Below, piece by piece: positions 29,225 through 38,176 of a DNA stretch of 64,000 bases (its first letter is position 1; each line of letters starts with the position of its first letter). Position numbers and translations under genes: made by a program. Source of the stretch: an uncultured bacterium. Its GTDB lineage: Bacteria > Zixibacteria > MSB-5A5 > UBA10806. The DNA lies in NCBI GenBank assembly GCA_965541585.1, contig CBEUCH010000008.1:98633-162632 (forward strand), written 5' to 3'. The notes beneath the pieces were generated by a model. The model ran no database searches and had not been told where the DNA came from. It was given only the letters and a program-made list of their open reading frames with translations.

Positions 29225-29788
29225 ATGGCCCGGGAAACCGATAAACGGTCGAATATGAACAATATAGCAAGAGTGGCCGTATTCGCAGCCCTGGCCTTCG
29301 GGGTCAACGCCCCGTTTCTGGCGATACCGAACGTGGAAACGTTCAGCCTGGTCCTTTTTCTCTCAGGCCTTTTTCTGGGAAAAGCTAACGGTGCTGCCAC
29401 GGCGGCAGTGGCAGGAATCATATTCATATTTTTTAATCCCAATGGCCCCCAGCCGGTGCTGTTGATCGGTATCACGCAGCTTTTCGGATTTTTCCTTTTC
29501 GGATTCGCAGGAGGAGTTTTGAGGCCGTTGATATTACTGAAAGGGAGTACCGGCAGATCGACATTAATTCTAATATCTGCGGGAGCCTTGTTGACATTGT
29601 GGTATGATCTTTCAACAAATCTCGCTTTCGCCTTTCTATTCGGCCCGTTCTGGCCGGTATTGATCGGCGGTCTCGGTTTCAGTTTGATTCATCTGGCAGG
29701 CAATACAGTAATGTTCGCGTTAGCAGGAGCAATCGTTTATAAGATTTGGAGAAGAATAGAATATATTATGCCGCCATTGGCTGGCTGA
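29225..29788 (+). CDS. ECF transporter S component
   Basis: About 5-6 TM helices, AVFAALA in helix 1, IPNVE loop, FNPNG; no ECF T or A genes in the window. Confidence 0.7.
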   Translation: MARETDKRSNMNNIARVAVFAALAFGVNAPFLAIPNVETFSLVLFLSGLFLGKANGAATAAVAGIIFIFFNPNGPQPVLLIGITQLFGFFLFGFAGGVLRPLILLKGSTGRSTLILISAGALLTLWYDLSTNLAFAFLFGPFWPVLIGGLGFSLIHLAGNTVMFALAGAIVYKIWRRIEYIMPPLAG

Positions 29789-31716
29789 TAATATTATTTC
29801 CCCCCCCGGCTCAGGCTCAGGAATCAGAACCGGATACCTTGAATCGGCCTGATGTTACAGTTTCGGATTCAACCCGACACCCCGAGACGCAGGCGGAGCC
29901 CGATTCTGCAAAAGCGCGCCAGGAGGGCAAATCAAAAAAAGGGTTGAAGTCGAGGCGTACTCCCGATTCTGATGAGCCGGACGTAGTTCCCGATTCCATT
30001 TCAACCGAACCGGCCGAGGAAAAGATAGTCGGAACAGTTTATGATGAACGAGCATATCTCTCCCGGGGAGTCGGCGATGAGATAGGATCTCAGCCAGACC
30101 TTTTTGTTGTCACGCCGGGTATGGCGGGCTCGCCGCAGATTCCGGTCGAATATCTGAACGTCGCGGGGACGGAAATAACCATCAATGGGCTGCCGTTCGT
30201 ATACAATGGCATATATCGTCCTTACCTGATCGGGACCGATCTTAATGTTGTCCCCTGGGAGATTGTCAATAGTATTCGGGCCGGCAATGGCAATCTGGAT
30301 CTTTCACTGGGTGCTCCCCCGCACAACCTCAATAGATCGGATGTCGAGCTGGCACGCGGTTCTTACGGTTACGACAGCTCCCGCTGGAGGTTTTTCCGGC
30401 CTTTTAACCAAAACACGTATGCTTACTTCACCCTCGGATTTAAGAAATCGGGCGGATATTTCTTTAATACCGATTACGATGGATATCATGTTACCGGTGG
30501 TCTGAAGAGGAAGATCCTCGGGGGGAAAGCCGAGATCGATCTCTGGAAACATCGCGCCAAGGCCGGTTTGCTGTCGTTCGATAATCTGGTGCAATCGATT
30601 TCTCGTCAGAGCCGCGGCGTGAACAGAACCGAGTTTCGGTACGGCAGAACAGTGATTCTACCTCTGGAGATGTCCATCGCAGGGCTGTTCCAGAGAAGCG
30701 CGCAGACGATCACCGGTTATGCCGGCGAGATAAAGACCAAAAACGATATTGGTGGAGGAAAAGGATCTCTCCTTTATAAACGCTCTAATATTTCTCTCGA
30801 TCTTGGCGCGGCTTACTACAATATCCGGCTTTATGGGTTGGCGAATCGACGGCCTTCGGTAAACCTTTTCGAATATTCCGCTAAAATCGATGGCCAGAGA
30901 GATGAATTGGAATATGCGGCGAAGATGGCGTACGAATGGAACGGTACGGATCATGGTGTCTTCCTGCCGGAACTCAGAGTATCGTATCGAATGCGCCGGC
31001 AGACAATTCCATTCGTCTCAGTTCTCAGAAACCGCAGAATCCCGGATTTGAACCTTCTTTATTTCAATGATCAGGTTACGGGATTGGGTGCCGGGGAAAC
31101 GTTGGATTCGTATCGATTCATATCGAATTCCAGCACTACCATGCCGATAAATACGTCCGCTTCGGCGGGAGTGGAATTCCGATTCGAGACGTTCGATGCG
31201 CTCTTGATGATTTCACAAAAAATGGTCGATGACCAGATCCGGCTGGCGTATCAAGCCGATTCCACCGGCGAGGTCGATGTTTCGCCCGCCAATTTCGATG
31301 ATGATTATATGGAGATATATGGCAAGATCGACGGCGCCTATGGCCCGTTTTCAGGTGAGCTGGCGGGATCATATAGAAAATGGAAAGATGAATATTTTTC
31401 AAACGGACTGGAGAAAGGGCCTGCTGCAATCGGATTCGGAAGGATATCACTTTTACAGCAGATTTTTATTCCCGACCTGTATCTCGGAGGATCGCTGGAG
31501 CTGCGAGCCTCATCGAGACGGGATTACCGCTCGATCCTGATCGGATACGCCGACGGTTTTGCGGCGTTTTCGGGACGGCTGGAATTTCGCTATAAGGATT
31601 TCACCTTCTGGCTCAATGAAACAAACCTGGAAAATCTAAGATATTACTCGTTATGGCCTTATCCGGAGGAGCCTCGAGTTGTCGGGTGGGGTTTCCGGTG
31701 GAGATTCTTCGATTGA
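29746..31716 (+). CDS. TonB-dependent-receptor-like outer-membrane beta-barrel (plug plus barrel)
   Basis: Signal peptide ending AQA-Q; plug-like EITINGLPF...DLNVVPWEIVNSI; amphipathic beta strands; C-terminal WGFRWRFFD. Confidence 0.7.
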   Translation: MEKNRIYYAAIGWLIILFPPPAQAQESEPDTLNRPDVTVSDSTRHPETQAEPDSAKARQEGKSKKGLKSRRTPDSDEPDVVPDSISTEPAEEKIVGTVYDERAYLSRGVGDEIGSQPDLFVVTPGMAGSPQIPVEYLNVAGTEITINGLPFVYNGIYRPYLIGTDLNVVPWEIVNSIRAGNGNLDLSLGAPPHNLNRSDVELARGSYGYDSSRWRFFRPFNQNTYAYFTLGFKKSGGYFFNTDYDGYHVTGGLKRKILGGKAEIDLWKHRAKAGLLSFDNLVQSISRQSRGVNRTEFRYGRTVILPLEMSIAGLFQRSAQTITGYAGEIKTKNDIGGGKGSLLYKRSNISLDLGAAYYNIRLYGLANRRPSVNLFEYSAKIDGQRDELEYAAKMAYEWNGTDHGVFLPELRVSYRMRRQTIPFVSVLRNRRIPDLNLLYFNDQVTGLGAGETLDSYRFISNSSTTMPINTSASAGVEFRFETFDALLMISQKMVDDQIRLAYQADSTGEVDVSPANFDDDYMEIYGKIDGAYGPFSGELAGSYRKWKDEYFSNGLEKGPAAIGFGRISLLQQIFIPDLYLGGSLELRASSRRDYRSILIGYADGFAAFSGRLEFRYKDFTFWLNETNLENLRYYSLWPYPEEPRVVGWGFRWRFFD

Positions 31717-31720
31717 TGGA

Positions 31721-32173
31721 TTACCAGGAGATCACCATCCGCCGCCCCTTTTGATACTCGATATTCATCTTATCCAGGGCGTCCATCCGTCCCAGTGTGG
31801 GGGGTATATCATCGGTGACAGCTATTGCAAAGGCAGCCTTGATCTTCTTGCGGCCGATTCTGGTCATCAGGTGGTGAAGATAAATATACTTGCTGTAACC
31901 TGCCAGACCGGTGACCCGATATTTCTTACCCTCGCGGATGTTGCCTACAAGAAGCACACCCAGGCTTTTGGGAAGAACCGAGAGATCGGCGCCCGTGTCC
32001 GCCAGAACGTCATCTATCGTGATCCAGTCGGATAAGAATTCCGAATAAATCTCGATGCTCAATCTCGGGCGGAGCACCTTATCGAATATATTCGACTCCT
32101 CCTTAGCATATGGGATCGTAATACCAAGCCCGCCTGATTTCCTTCCGGGCCGGCGAGAGACTTTTTTAGACAA
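31721..32173 (-). CDS. Retropepsin-like (clan AA) aspartyl protease
   Basis: LADTGADLSVLP catalytic motif and downstream TLGRMDAL. Confidence 0.8.
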   Translation of the reverse strand: MSKKVSRRPGRKSGGLGITIPYAKEESNIFDKVLRPRLSIEIYSEFLSDWITIDDVLADTGADLSVLPKSLGVLLVGNIREGKKYRVTGLAGYSKYIYLHHLMTRIGRKKIKAAFAIAVTDDIPPTLGRMDALDKMNIEYQKGRRMVISW

Positions 32174-32363
32174 TCAAAAACTCCTCGCCGGGTTTCCAGG
32201 AGATACTTACATTTTTCCCGGGGTGCGAATTGAGTACTCGTGGAAGCTTTTTCCGGGGATTTTTCCCCTCCCAGGTAACCTTGCCCTCGATCCGGATAAC
32301 ATATTTCCCTCCGGGGCAAGGACTTTTCCTGATTGTGATCTTTTCTGGTTTTTTGGGCTGCAA
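32166..32363 (-). CDS. Small basic protein, DUF5678-like
   Basis: GKYVIRIEGKVTWEGKN...HPGKNV pattern; GAGAGGA RBS; stop overlaps the protease start by 8 bp. Confidence 0.55.
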   Translation of the reverse strand: MQPKKPEKITIRKSPCPGGKYVIRIEGKVTWEGKNPRKKLPRVLNSHPGKNVSISWKPGEEFLIV

Positions 32364-32382
32364 ATCTTCCTCTCGATAGATT

Positions 32383-32411
32383 ATATTAGGCCAGACCTGA
32401 AATTATGTCAA
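32383..32411 (-). promoter_or_regulatory. sigma70-type promoter of the small protein/protease pair
   Basis: Minus strand TTGACA-17 nt-TAATAT. Confidence 0.65.
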
Positions 32412-32423
32412 GGAGGATTCGCT

Positions 32424-32969
32424 ATGACTCGCCAGGAGGCATTAGCATGGGTAAAATCGGAGTTGGAAAACCCGAATCTTGTTAAGCACGTTCTGGCCGT
32501 GGAGGCATCGTGCAGGCGGCTCGCAGGACACTTCGGCGAAGACCCCGAACACTGGGGTATGGTCGGACTTTTGCACGATATCGATTATCAAAGGACGCTG
32601 GATGATCCGGAAAAACATTCCATGCTGGCCGCCGAATGGTTAAAAGAGAAAGAGTTCGGTGAGGAGTTCATTCATGCCGTCATGGCACACGCCGAGAAGG
32701 TAGAGCCGAAATCGAAACTCGACTGGACGCTGTTAAGCGTCGATCCGGCTACAGGCTTGGTGGTAGCAGCGGCCCTGATGCATCCCACCCGCTCGCTGGT
32801 CGGCCTCGATGTTAAATTTCTCATGAAACGATTCAAGGAGAAACGGTTCGCAGCTGGAGCGAGAAGAGAATCGATCGCAGCCTGTTCCAATCTGGACATG
32901 TCTTCGGAGGAGTTTCTCGGTCTCGTTCTGGAAGGTATGCAGGGGATATCGGATGAACTCGGGCTTTAA
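32424..32969 (+). CDS. HD/HDIG-domain protein
   Basis: AGGAGG RBS and ATG at 32424; KHVLAVE, GLLHDIDY, H, KRFKEKRFAAG. Confidence 0.88.
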   Translation: MTRQEALAWVKSELENPNLVKHVLAVEASCRRLAGHFGEDPEHWGMVGLLHDIDYQRTLDDPEKHSMLAAEWLKEKEFGEEFIHAVMAHAEKVEPKSKLDWTLLSVDPATGLVVAAALMHPTRSLVGLDVKFLMKRFKEKRFAAGARRESIAACSNLDMSSEEFLGLVLEGMQGISDELGL

Positions 32970-33300
32970 GTCGCTGGCTTTTATCTTGATAATATTGACC
33001 TTCGCCTCTCCCTGCGTCGCCGGCAATCCCGGTGGCGACAGATGGTTCGCCGAGGATAAGCTCAAGCATTTTGGCTTATCCGCGTTTTTTGCAGGAGGCT
33101 CCTGTATCGTTGCCAATCGTCATTTCGATTTTGATAAAAACAAATCGTTCACCATCGGTGTCAGCATTACCATCTCGCTGGGAGCTGCCAAGGAGATCAT
33201 CGATTACAGGACTCCGGGCCAGACATCGAGCCATAAAGACCTCATCTGGGATATTGCCGGCGCCCTGACGGGAGCTCTGCTGGCCGGGCTGGCGTTATGA
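32953..33300 (+). CDS. YfiM/VanZ-like small membrane protein
   Basis: DRWFAEDKLKHF, GAAKEIID, SHKDLIWDIAG. Confidence 0.65.
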   Translation: MNSGFKSLAFILIILTFASPCVAGNPGGDRWFAEDKLKHFGLSAFFAGGSCIVANRHFDFDKNKSFTIGVSITISLGAAKEIIDYRTPGQTSSHKDLIWDIAGALTGALLAGLAL

Positions 33301-34532
33301 AATTTTCTAAAACCAGAATATTCACCTGGTCGCTGTATGATTTTGCCAACACCATTTTCTCGATGAACGTGGTCAGCCTGAATTTTCCTCTCATGATAAA
33401 AAACAACTATGGCGGTTCCGACTTGGACCTGTCCCTGGCGCGATCATCGGCCATGGTGCTGTTGGCATTGACAATGCCGCTGGCGGGGACAATCGCCGAT
33501 AGATTCGAAAGACGCATGCTCCCGGCCATGGGATTTACGCTGCTCTGCTGCCTGGCCACCGTTTCTCTCGGACATAGCAGTTCCATGCTGATCAATCTTA
33601 TGTTATTCGCGCTGGCAGTATATTGCTATCAGGGCGCGCTGGTCTTTTATAATGCCGTGCTGCCGCAGGTGGCCGGACCGGGGAAATTGGGGCGAGTATC
33701 CGGTTATGGCGTAGCTCTCGGTTATACGGGCACTATTTTCGGATTGATAGTCGTCGGTTCGCTCGCCGGTCCCCGGTGTTACTCAGATGCATTCGCATTA
33801 ACTGCCGTCCTCTTTTTCATCTTTGCAGTGCCCTTTTTCATCACCATCGGGGACCAATCACCTAAGCCGCTCAAGGGACTGCTTACCGTCACCGGGGATT
33901 CCATCAAGGGTATCGTCGGCGTTCTAAGAGATGCCAGAGACCGGCCGGGCATATTGAGGTTTCTGCTGGGCCGGTTTCTTGTAGTCGAGGCGCTCGAGAC
34001 AATAATATTTTTCATGGCAATCTTCTTAAAAGAGGCAGTGGGCTTTTCCGACGAAAAATTGACCTTTGGGAATCTCAACGAGATAACGGTATTCCTCATA
34101 ATCGTCACCGCATTTACGGCCGTCGGATCGCTTATCTGGGGTTTTGTCACGGAGAAGTTCGGGCCGAGAAATTCGCTCCTTGGAACAATCGTTCTCTGGA
34201 TTGTGACGCTGCTCGGTATAATAATATTCTCGCACAAGGGTCTGTTCTTCCTTCTGGGTTCGCTGGCCGGGATATCTCTTGGCGGCGTATGGACCACCGA
34301 AAGGCCGCTTCTGATAAACCTCGTGGGAGATAACAGCAAGCTGGGAGGTTATTTCGGTTTATTTGCGCTGTCGGGACGGATGGCCGCTGTTATCGGCCCG
34401 ATTATATGGGGTTTGATCGTGTTGGCTTTTGATTCCCTGGGCCCCGTAAAATATAGATTCGCTGTGGGATCGGTTCTGGCTATGATGATCGCCGGATTTT
34501 TCGTTATGCGTAAGGTACCTGATGCCAGATAA
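33297..34532 (+). CDS. MFS transporter (UMF1/Atg22-like)
   Basis: About 12 TM; WSLYDFANT, GTIADRF, FYNAVLP, GRVSGYGVALGY, FGLFALSGR. Confidence 0.88.
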   Translation: MKFSKTRIFTWSLYDFANTIFSMNVVSLNFPLMIKNNYGGSDLDLSLARSSAMVLLALTMPLAGTIADRFERRMLPAMGFTLLCCLATVSLGHSSSMLINLMLFALAVYCYQGALVFYNAVLPQVAGPGKLGRVSGYGVALGYTGTIFGLIVVGSLAGPRCYSDAFALTAVLFFIFAVPFFITIGDQSPKPLKGLLTVTGDSIKGIVGVLRDARDRPGILRFLLGRFLVVEALETIIFFMAIFLKEAVGFSDEKLTFGNLNEITVFLIIVTAFTAVGSLIWGFVTEKFGPRNSLLGTIVLWIVTLLGIIIFSHKGLFFLLGSLAGISLGGVWTTERPLLINLVGDNSKLGGYFGLFALSGRMAAVIGPIIWGLIVLAFDSLGPVKYRFAVGSVLAMMIAGFFVMRKVPDAR

Positions 34533-35574
34533 GAGCTATCACGAAATCGTCGGCGTAATTCATATACATTCGGACTACTCCGATGGCAGCAAGACCATCG
34601 AGGAAATAGCGCAAATCGGGGAGCGCGCCGGGCTGGATTTTCTGATGTTTACAGACCATAATACCTTGAAACCATTGCATGACGGATATCAGCGATATCA
34701 TGGGAAAATCGCCGTGCTGATAGGATACGAAATAGAAGATCCGAATGACGAAAACCATTATCTGGCCTTCGGCCTGCAGGATACTGTAAAACGGGGGGCC
34801 AGGGCCGCGGAGTATGTCGAGGAAGTGAGAAAAGCAGAAGGTCTGGGGATTATCGCACACCCGGATGAGATAAGGAACGCCTTTCCCCAGTACCCGAGCT
34901 TTCCCTGGAACGCCTGGGAACTCGATGGATACGATGGTCTGGAGATCTGGAATCATATGTCGGCCTGGATGGAATCGCTAAGGCCGATCAATATGCTCAA
35001 GATGGCCATTATGCCCCGCCGAAGCCTCCGCGGGCCGACCGCCCGGGTGTTGAAAAAATGGGATGAAATAGTAAAATCGAGGCCAGTGGCTGGCATAGGA
35101 TCGTCGGACGTCCATGCGCATCTTTATCGCAAAGGGCCGATCCGGCTCACCATATTCCCATATAAAGTGCAGTTCCGCTCAATAAGGACTCACCTGCTTT
35201 TATATGAACCGCTTTCGCACGACATCATCATTGCGCGAAACCAGATTTTCGATGCCATCAGGAAATGCCGGGTGTTCATCTCCAATTACCGCTGGGGCGA
35301 TGCCGGCGGTTTCGAGTTCTACGCAGAGAGCAATGGCCGGATTTACCGGATAGGAGATAATCCGGTTTTTTCCCAGGGGATGACCTTGCATTTGTCATCA
35401 CCAAAAACAGCCCGGGTTACGTTGATAATGGATGGCAACCCCCATTTCGTTGACAGCTGCAGCAGCCTGGAGTTTCCGATCCCATCCGATGGGCTGTACA
35501 GGGTGGAACTCTCAATAAATAGAAGAGGATGGATATACTCCAATCATATAAGGATTTTGCCCGAAAAAGGATAA
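34522..35574 (+). CDS. PHP-superfamily metallohydrolase (CehA/McbA-like)
   Basis: HIHSDYSDG, TDHN, GYE, AHP, GLEIWN, SSDVHAH; C-terminal YRVE...WIYSNHI. Confidence 0.82.
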   Translation: MPDKSYHEIVGVIHIHSDYSDGSKTIEEIAQIGERAGLDFLMFTDHNTLKPLHDGYQRYHGKIAVLIGYEIEDPNDENHYLAFGLQDTVKRGARAAEYVEEVRKAEGLGIIAHPDEIRNAFPQYPSFPWNAWELDGYDGLEIWNHMSAWMESLRPINMLKMAIMPRRSLRGPTARVLKKWDEIVKSRPVAGIGSSDVHAHLYRKGPIRLTIFPYKVQFRSIRTHLLLYEPLSHDIIIARNQIFDAIRKCRVFISNYRWGDAGGFEFYAESNGRIYRIGDNPVFSQGMTLHLSSPKTARVTLIMDGNPHFVDSCSSLEFPIPSDGLYRVELSINRRGWIYSNHIRILPEKG

Positions 35575-35640
35575 GGGCGAAACGCAACTTGGGTAGAGGG
35601 GGGCTGGAACTACCCAGGCAATGGCTTCACCCTTAAACCA
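35565..35640 (-). ncRNA. Candidate small RNA: long imperfect hairpin with a C-rich loop
   Basis: Minus strand TAAGGGTGAAG...TGGGTAG-TTCCAGCCCCCCT-CTACCCA...TTTCGCCCTTA followed by TCCTTTTT; own promoter directly upstream; no known RNA family recognised. Confidence 0.4.
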
Positions 35641-35645
35641 ATCAA

Positions 35646-35674
35646 TAAATATTGCCTGATGGGGTACTTGTCAA
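35646..35674 (-). promoter_or_regulatory. sigma70-type promoter pointing into the hairpin
   Basis: Minus strand TTGACA-17 nt-TATTTA. Confidence 0.5.
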
Positions 35675-35841
35675 GCCCTAATTTTCGGCTCCCGGACAGG
35701 CTCATTCGTCCGGCCGATTCAAATATGTGTGTCTCGGGCTCGTGAGCGAACTCCCGGCTTGCCTGCGTGAAGTTGCGGCCGGCTTACTTTTGTAATGATA
35801 TTCTATATAAATATTTGGATTTGGGTATTCTGCCCCGAAAT

Positions 35842-36048
35842 TCAGGCTATGAAACTTGTCGGAGGCAATATATCCTCGCCCCGGCGCTTATGATTTGATA
35901 GCTTGGGGATCAGGGTGCTCTGGGCCTTTATGAGAGCTTCGGCTGACGCTACCATCTCCGCTGTAATGCCGCGCGTCTTCTCCTTGGCGGCCTTGTCCAT
36001 CTTTTGAAAACTGTCCTGTAGCCCTCTGCTACTGGGAATTTCCTTCAT
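35842..36048 (-). CDS. Small hypothetical protein (68 aa)
   Basis: GGAGG RBS 7 nt before ATG at 36048; occupies otherwise empty intergenic space; no recognisable domain. Confidence 0.6.
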   Translation of the reverse strand: MKEIPSSRGLQDSFQKMDKAAKEKTRGITAEMVASAEALIKAQSTLIPKLSNHKRRGEDILPPTSFIA

Positions 36049-36108
36049 TAATTTGCCTCCAAAGCTATTATCGGAATTAATCATGCCTCTTCTTAGATTT
36101 TTCTGGAG

Positions 36109-36137
36109 TTGACATAATAATCCTGCCGGTTTAATAT
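36109..36137 (+). promoter_or_regulatory. sigma70-type promoter of the two-component operon
   Basis: TTGACA-17 nt-TAATAT. Confidence 0.65.
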
Positions 36138-36145
36138 TGAAATGC

Positions 36146-38176
36146 ATGACTCATGAATTGGTTGATAAATCGAAGCCGCTTATGAGGCCGACTCTTTTTT
36201 ACGGCCTCAAGCTCAGGCATGCAGTAGCCCTCCTGGCCTGTCTGGCGGTGATTTTGATTCTGGCGGGCTATTTTTCGGTCTCGGCCGGGAAAAAAGCGGC
36301 CTTCAACGCCGTAACCGCCCAGGGCAGAGCATTGACTGAAACGCTTATCTCCTCGGCTGAAATGATCATCGAGGCGGACGATGAATTTGTGAATCTTGGC
36401 CTCGATCGGCTCTCTGAAAAAGTCGCTGAATTTTCGCTCGCGAATCTGGTTTCGGATGAATCTTCACTTGACCGCCTAAGAGAGAAGGTCATTGCGGATA
36501 AAGCTGCAATTGTGAGAAAGGGCAAAGTCGAGAGATCGTCCACCTCAAGAGTTTTCCCGTTAAACAACGATGCTATCGAACTCTGGCTCGACTCACTACA
36601 GGTTGATCCCGATATTGAGATAATCTATGACTTCAGAGCAATTGACGGTGAAAGGTATTTCTGGGGATACTTTCCTTATGACGAGGACACCGGACTATTT
36701 CTTGCGGCCAGATGGATATATGGCCAGTACGGCAATGAAAAGTTGAGCTTGTATCATCTTCTGAATATCGTCGGGCGCGAATCCGGCGTAGAGTATATAA
36801 TGCTTCAGAATCTCGACGGTATCGTCTTTGCATCAAAGAAGATCGCCAGCATGCCTCGCATCTCCGATGATCCCTTCCTGCAGGAGTCTCTGACCAGTGA
36901 TACCACTGTCAGCCGGCTTCTGGCTTTCGAGGACCGCGAGGTTCTGGAGACCGTGAGAAAATTCAAATCCAGCGAATTCGAAGGCCTGTTTAGAGTTGGA
37001 CTTTCTCTATACGGATATAGAAGGATCGCAGACGGCATGAAACGCCAGGTCTGGCTGGTGGTGGCGGCGCTGATCATCCTGGGTATGCTCGGTTTCGGCG
37101 CGGTTGTCGGCTTCCAGAATTTTGATCTGTTGAAGGCGAGTTTTCACAAGGCCAGGATCATCTCGCAGAGCCTTCTCGATTCGTTGCCCGGGCCGGTGGT
37201 GGCCGTCGATTCCAGATTTAGAATCACCGACATCAACACTGCAGCGAAATCGAGTTTCGGTCTCCAATCTTTGCCGGCATCCGGCTCCGATTATCATGAG
37301 GTTTTTCCCGATGATCCTTTTCATTTCAGACAGGCGATCGACAGTAAGAGAAGCTCCAGTTTTGAAAGCTCTATGGGCAAAAACGACAGTCGTTATTTCG
37401 TGACAGCCACTCCGCTGACGGGCTACGGTGGAGAGGCCATGGGCGCCATCGCTATTGCCCAGGATATTACCGATTCCAGAAGATTAGAGGAGATGGCAGA
37501 ATCCCGTCGCCGCCTATCGGAGATGGGGGCTTTAGCCGCCTCCATGGCTCATGAAATAAGAAATCCGCTAAACGCCATCGGCATCACCATCCAGCGCATG
37601 AAAGCGGAGATAAAGCCGGCGGAGGGAGAAGAGGATTTCGGACGTTTCCTGGATGGACTGAAAACGGAGATAGCGAGGCTGAACTCTATTATCGAAAAAT
37701 TCCTCTCGGTGGCGCAATCGATAAGGCCTCGAATTGAAGAAATTGATATCAACGAGCTTGTCTCGAAAGTCGTGGATCTGTTCAAAAATCAAGCCGATTC
37801 CCGGAAGATAAAACTTCACTGGAATCCTTCGTCCGATATCAGCATCCACGGGGATAAAGCCGGACTGACCCAGGCGCTGGTCAATGTTGTAAAGAACAGC
37901 ATCGAGGCAGTGAACCCTGACGGTAAGATCGAAATTTCGGTTTCATTATCGGATAACAAAACTAAGATCTCCGTCATAGATAACGGCCCCGGTATTGAGG
38001 ATGTAGCCGCTGCTTTGAAACCTTTCCATACGACCAAGGCCGGCGGCACCGGGCTGGGGCTGGCTACGGCATCGAAAATACTTGCCGACCACGGCGGAGA
38101 ACTGATAATAGAATCATCCCCGGGCAAGGGCTGCCGGGTGGATATGATTTTTCCTTCGAGGGAGACTGATAAATGA
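36146..38176 (+). CDS. Sensor histidine kinase (periplasmic sensor, PAS, HisKA, HATPase_c)
   Basis: Two TM segments; PAS (LLDSLPGPVVAVD...QDITD); AHEIRNPL, NVVKNSIEA, DNGPG, PFHTTK, GTGLGL. Start uncertain (36146 or 36182). Confidence 0.93.
   Translation: MTHELVDKSKPLMRPTLFYGLKLRHAVALLACLAVILILAGYFSVSAGKKAAFNAVTAQGRALTETLISSAEMIIEADDEFVNLGLDRLSEKVAEFSLANLVSDESSLDRLREKVIADKAAIVRKGKVERSSTSRVFPLNNDAIELWLDSLQVDPDIEIIYDFRAIDGERYFWGYFPYDEDTGLFLAARWIYGQYGNEKLSLYHLLNIVGRESGVEYIMLQNLDGIVFASKKIASMPRISDDPFLQESLTSDTTVSRLLAFEDREVLETVRKFKSSEFEGLFRVGLSLYGYRRIADGMKRQVWLVVAALIILGMLGFGAVVGFQNFDLLKASFHKARIISQSLLDSLPGPVVAVDSRFRITDINTAAKSSFGLQSLPASGSDYHEVFPDDPFHFRQAIDSKRSSSFESSMGKNDSRYFVTATPLTGYGGEAMGAIAIAQDITDSRRLEEMAESRRRLSEMGALAASMAHEIRNPLNAIGITIQRMKAEIKPAEGEEDFGRFLDGLKTEIARLNSIIEKFLSVAQSIRPRIEEIDINELVSKVVDLFKNQADSRKIKLHWNPSSDISIHGDKAGLTQALVNVVKNSIEAVNPDGKIEISVSLSDNKTKISVIDNGPGIEDVAAALKPFHTTKAGGTGLGLATASKILADHGGELIIESSPGKGCRVDMIFPSRETDK

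Noticed and set aside
32059..32319. 86-aa minus-strand ORF overlapping the protease cassette
   Set aside because: Alternative frame with no RBS or motif; the 32166..32363 and 31721..32173 pair explains the region.
32055..32423. N-terminal extension of the HD-domain ORF in the ORF track
   Set aside because: It overlaps two better-supported minus-strand genes, and a strong AGGAGG RBS marks ATG 32424 as the start.
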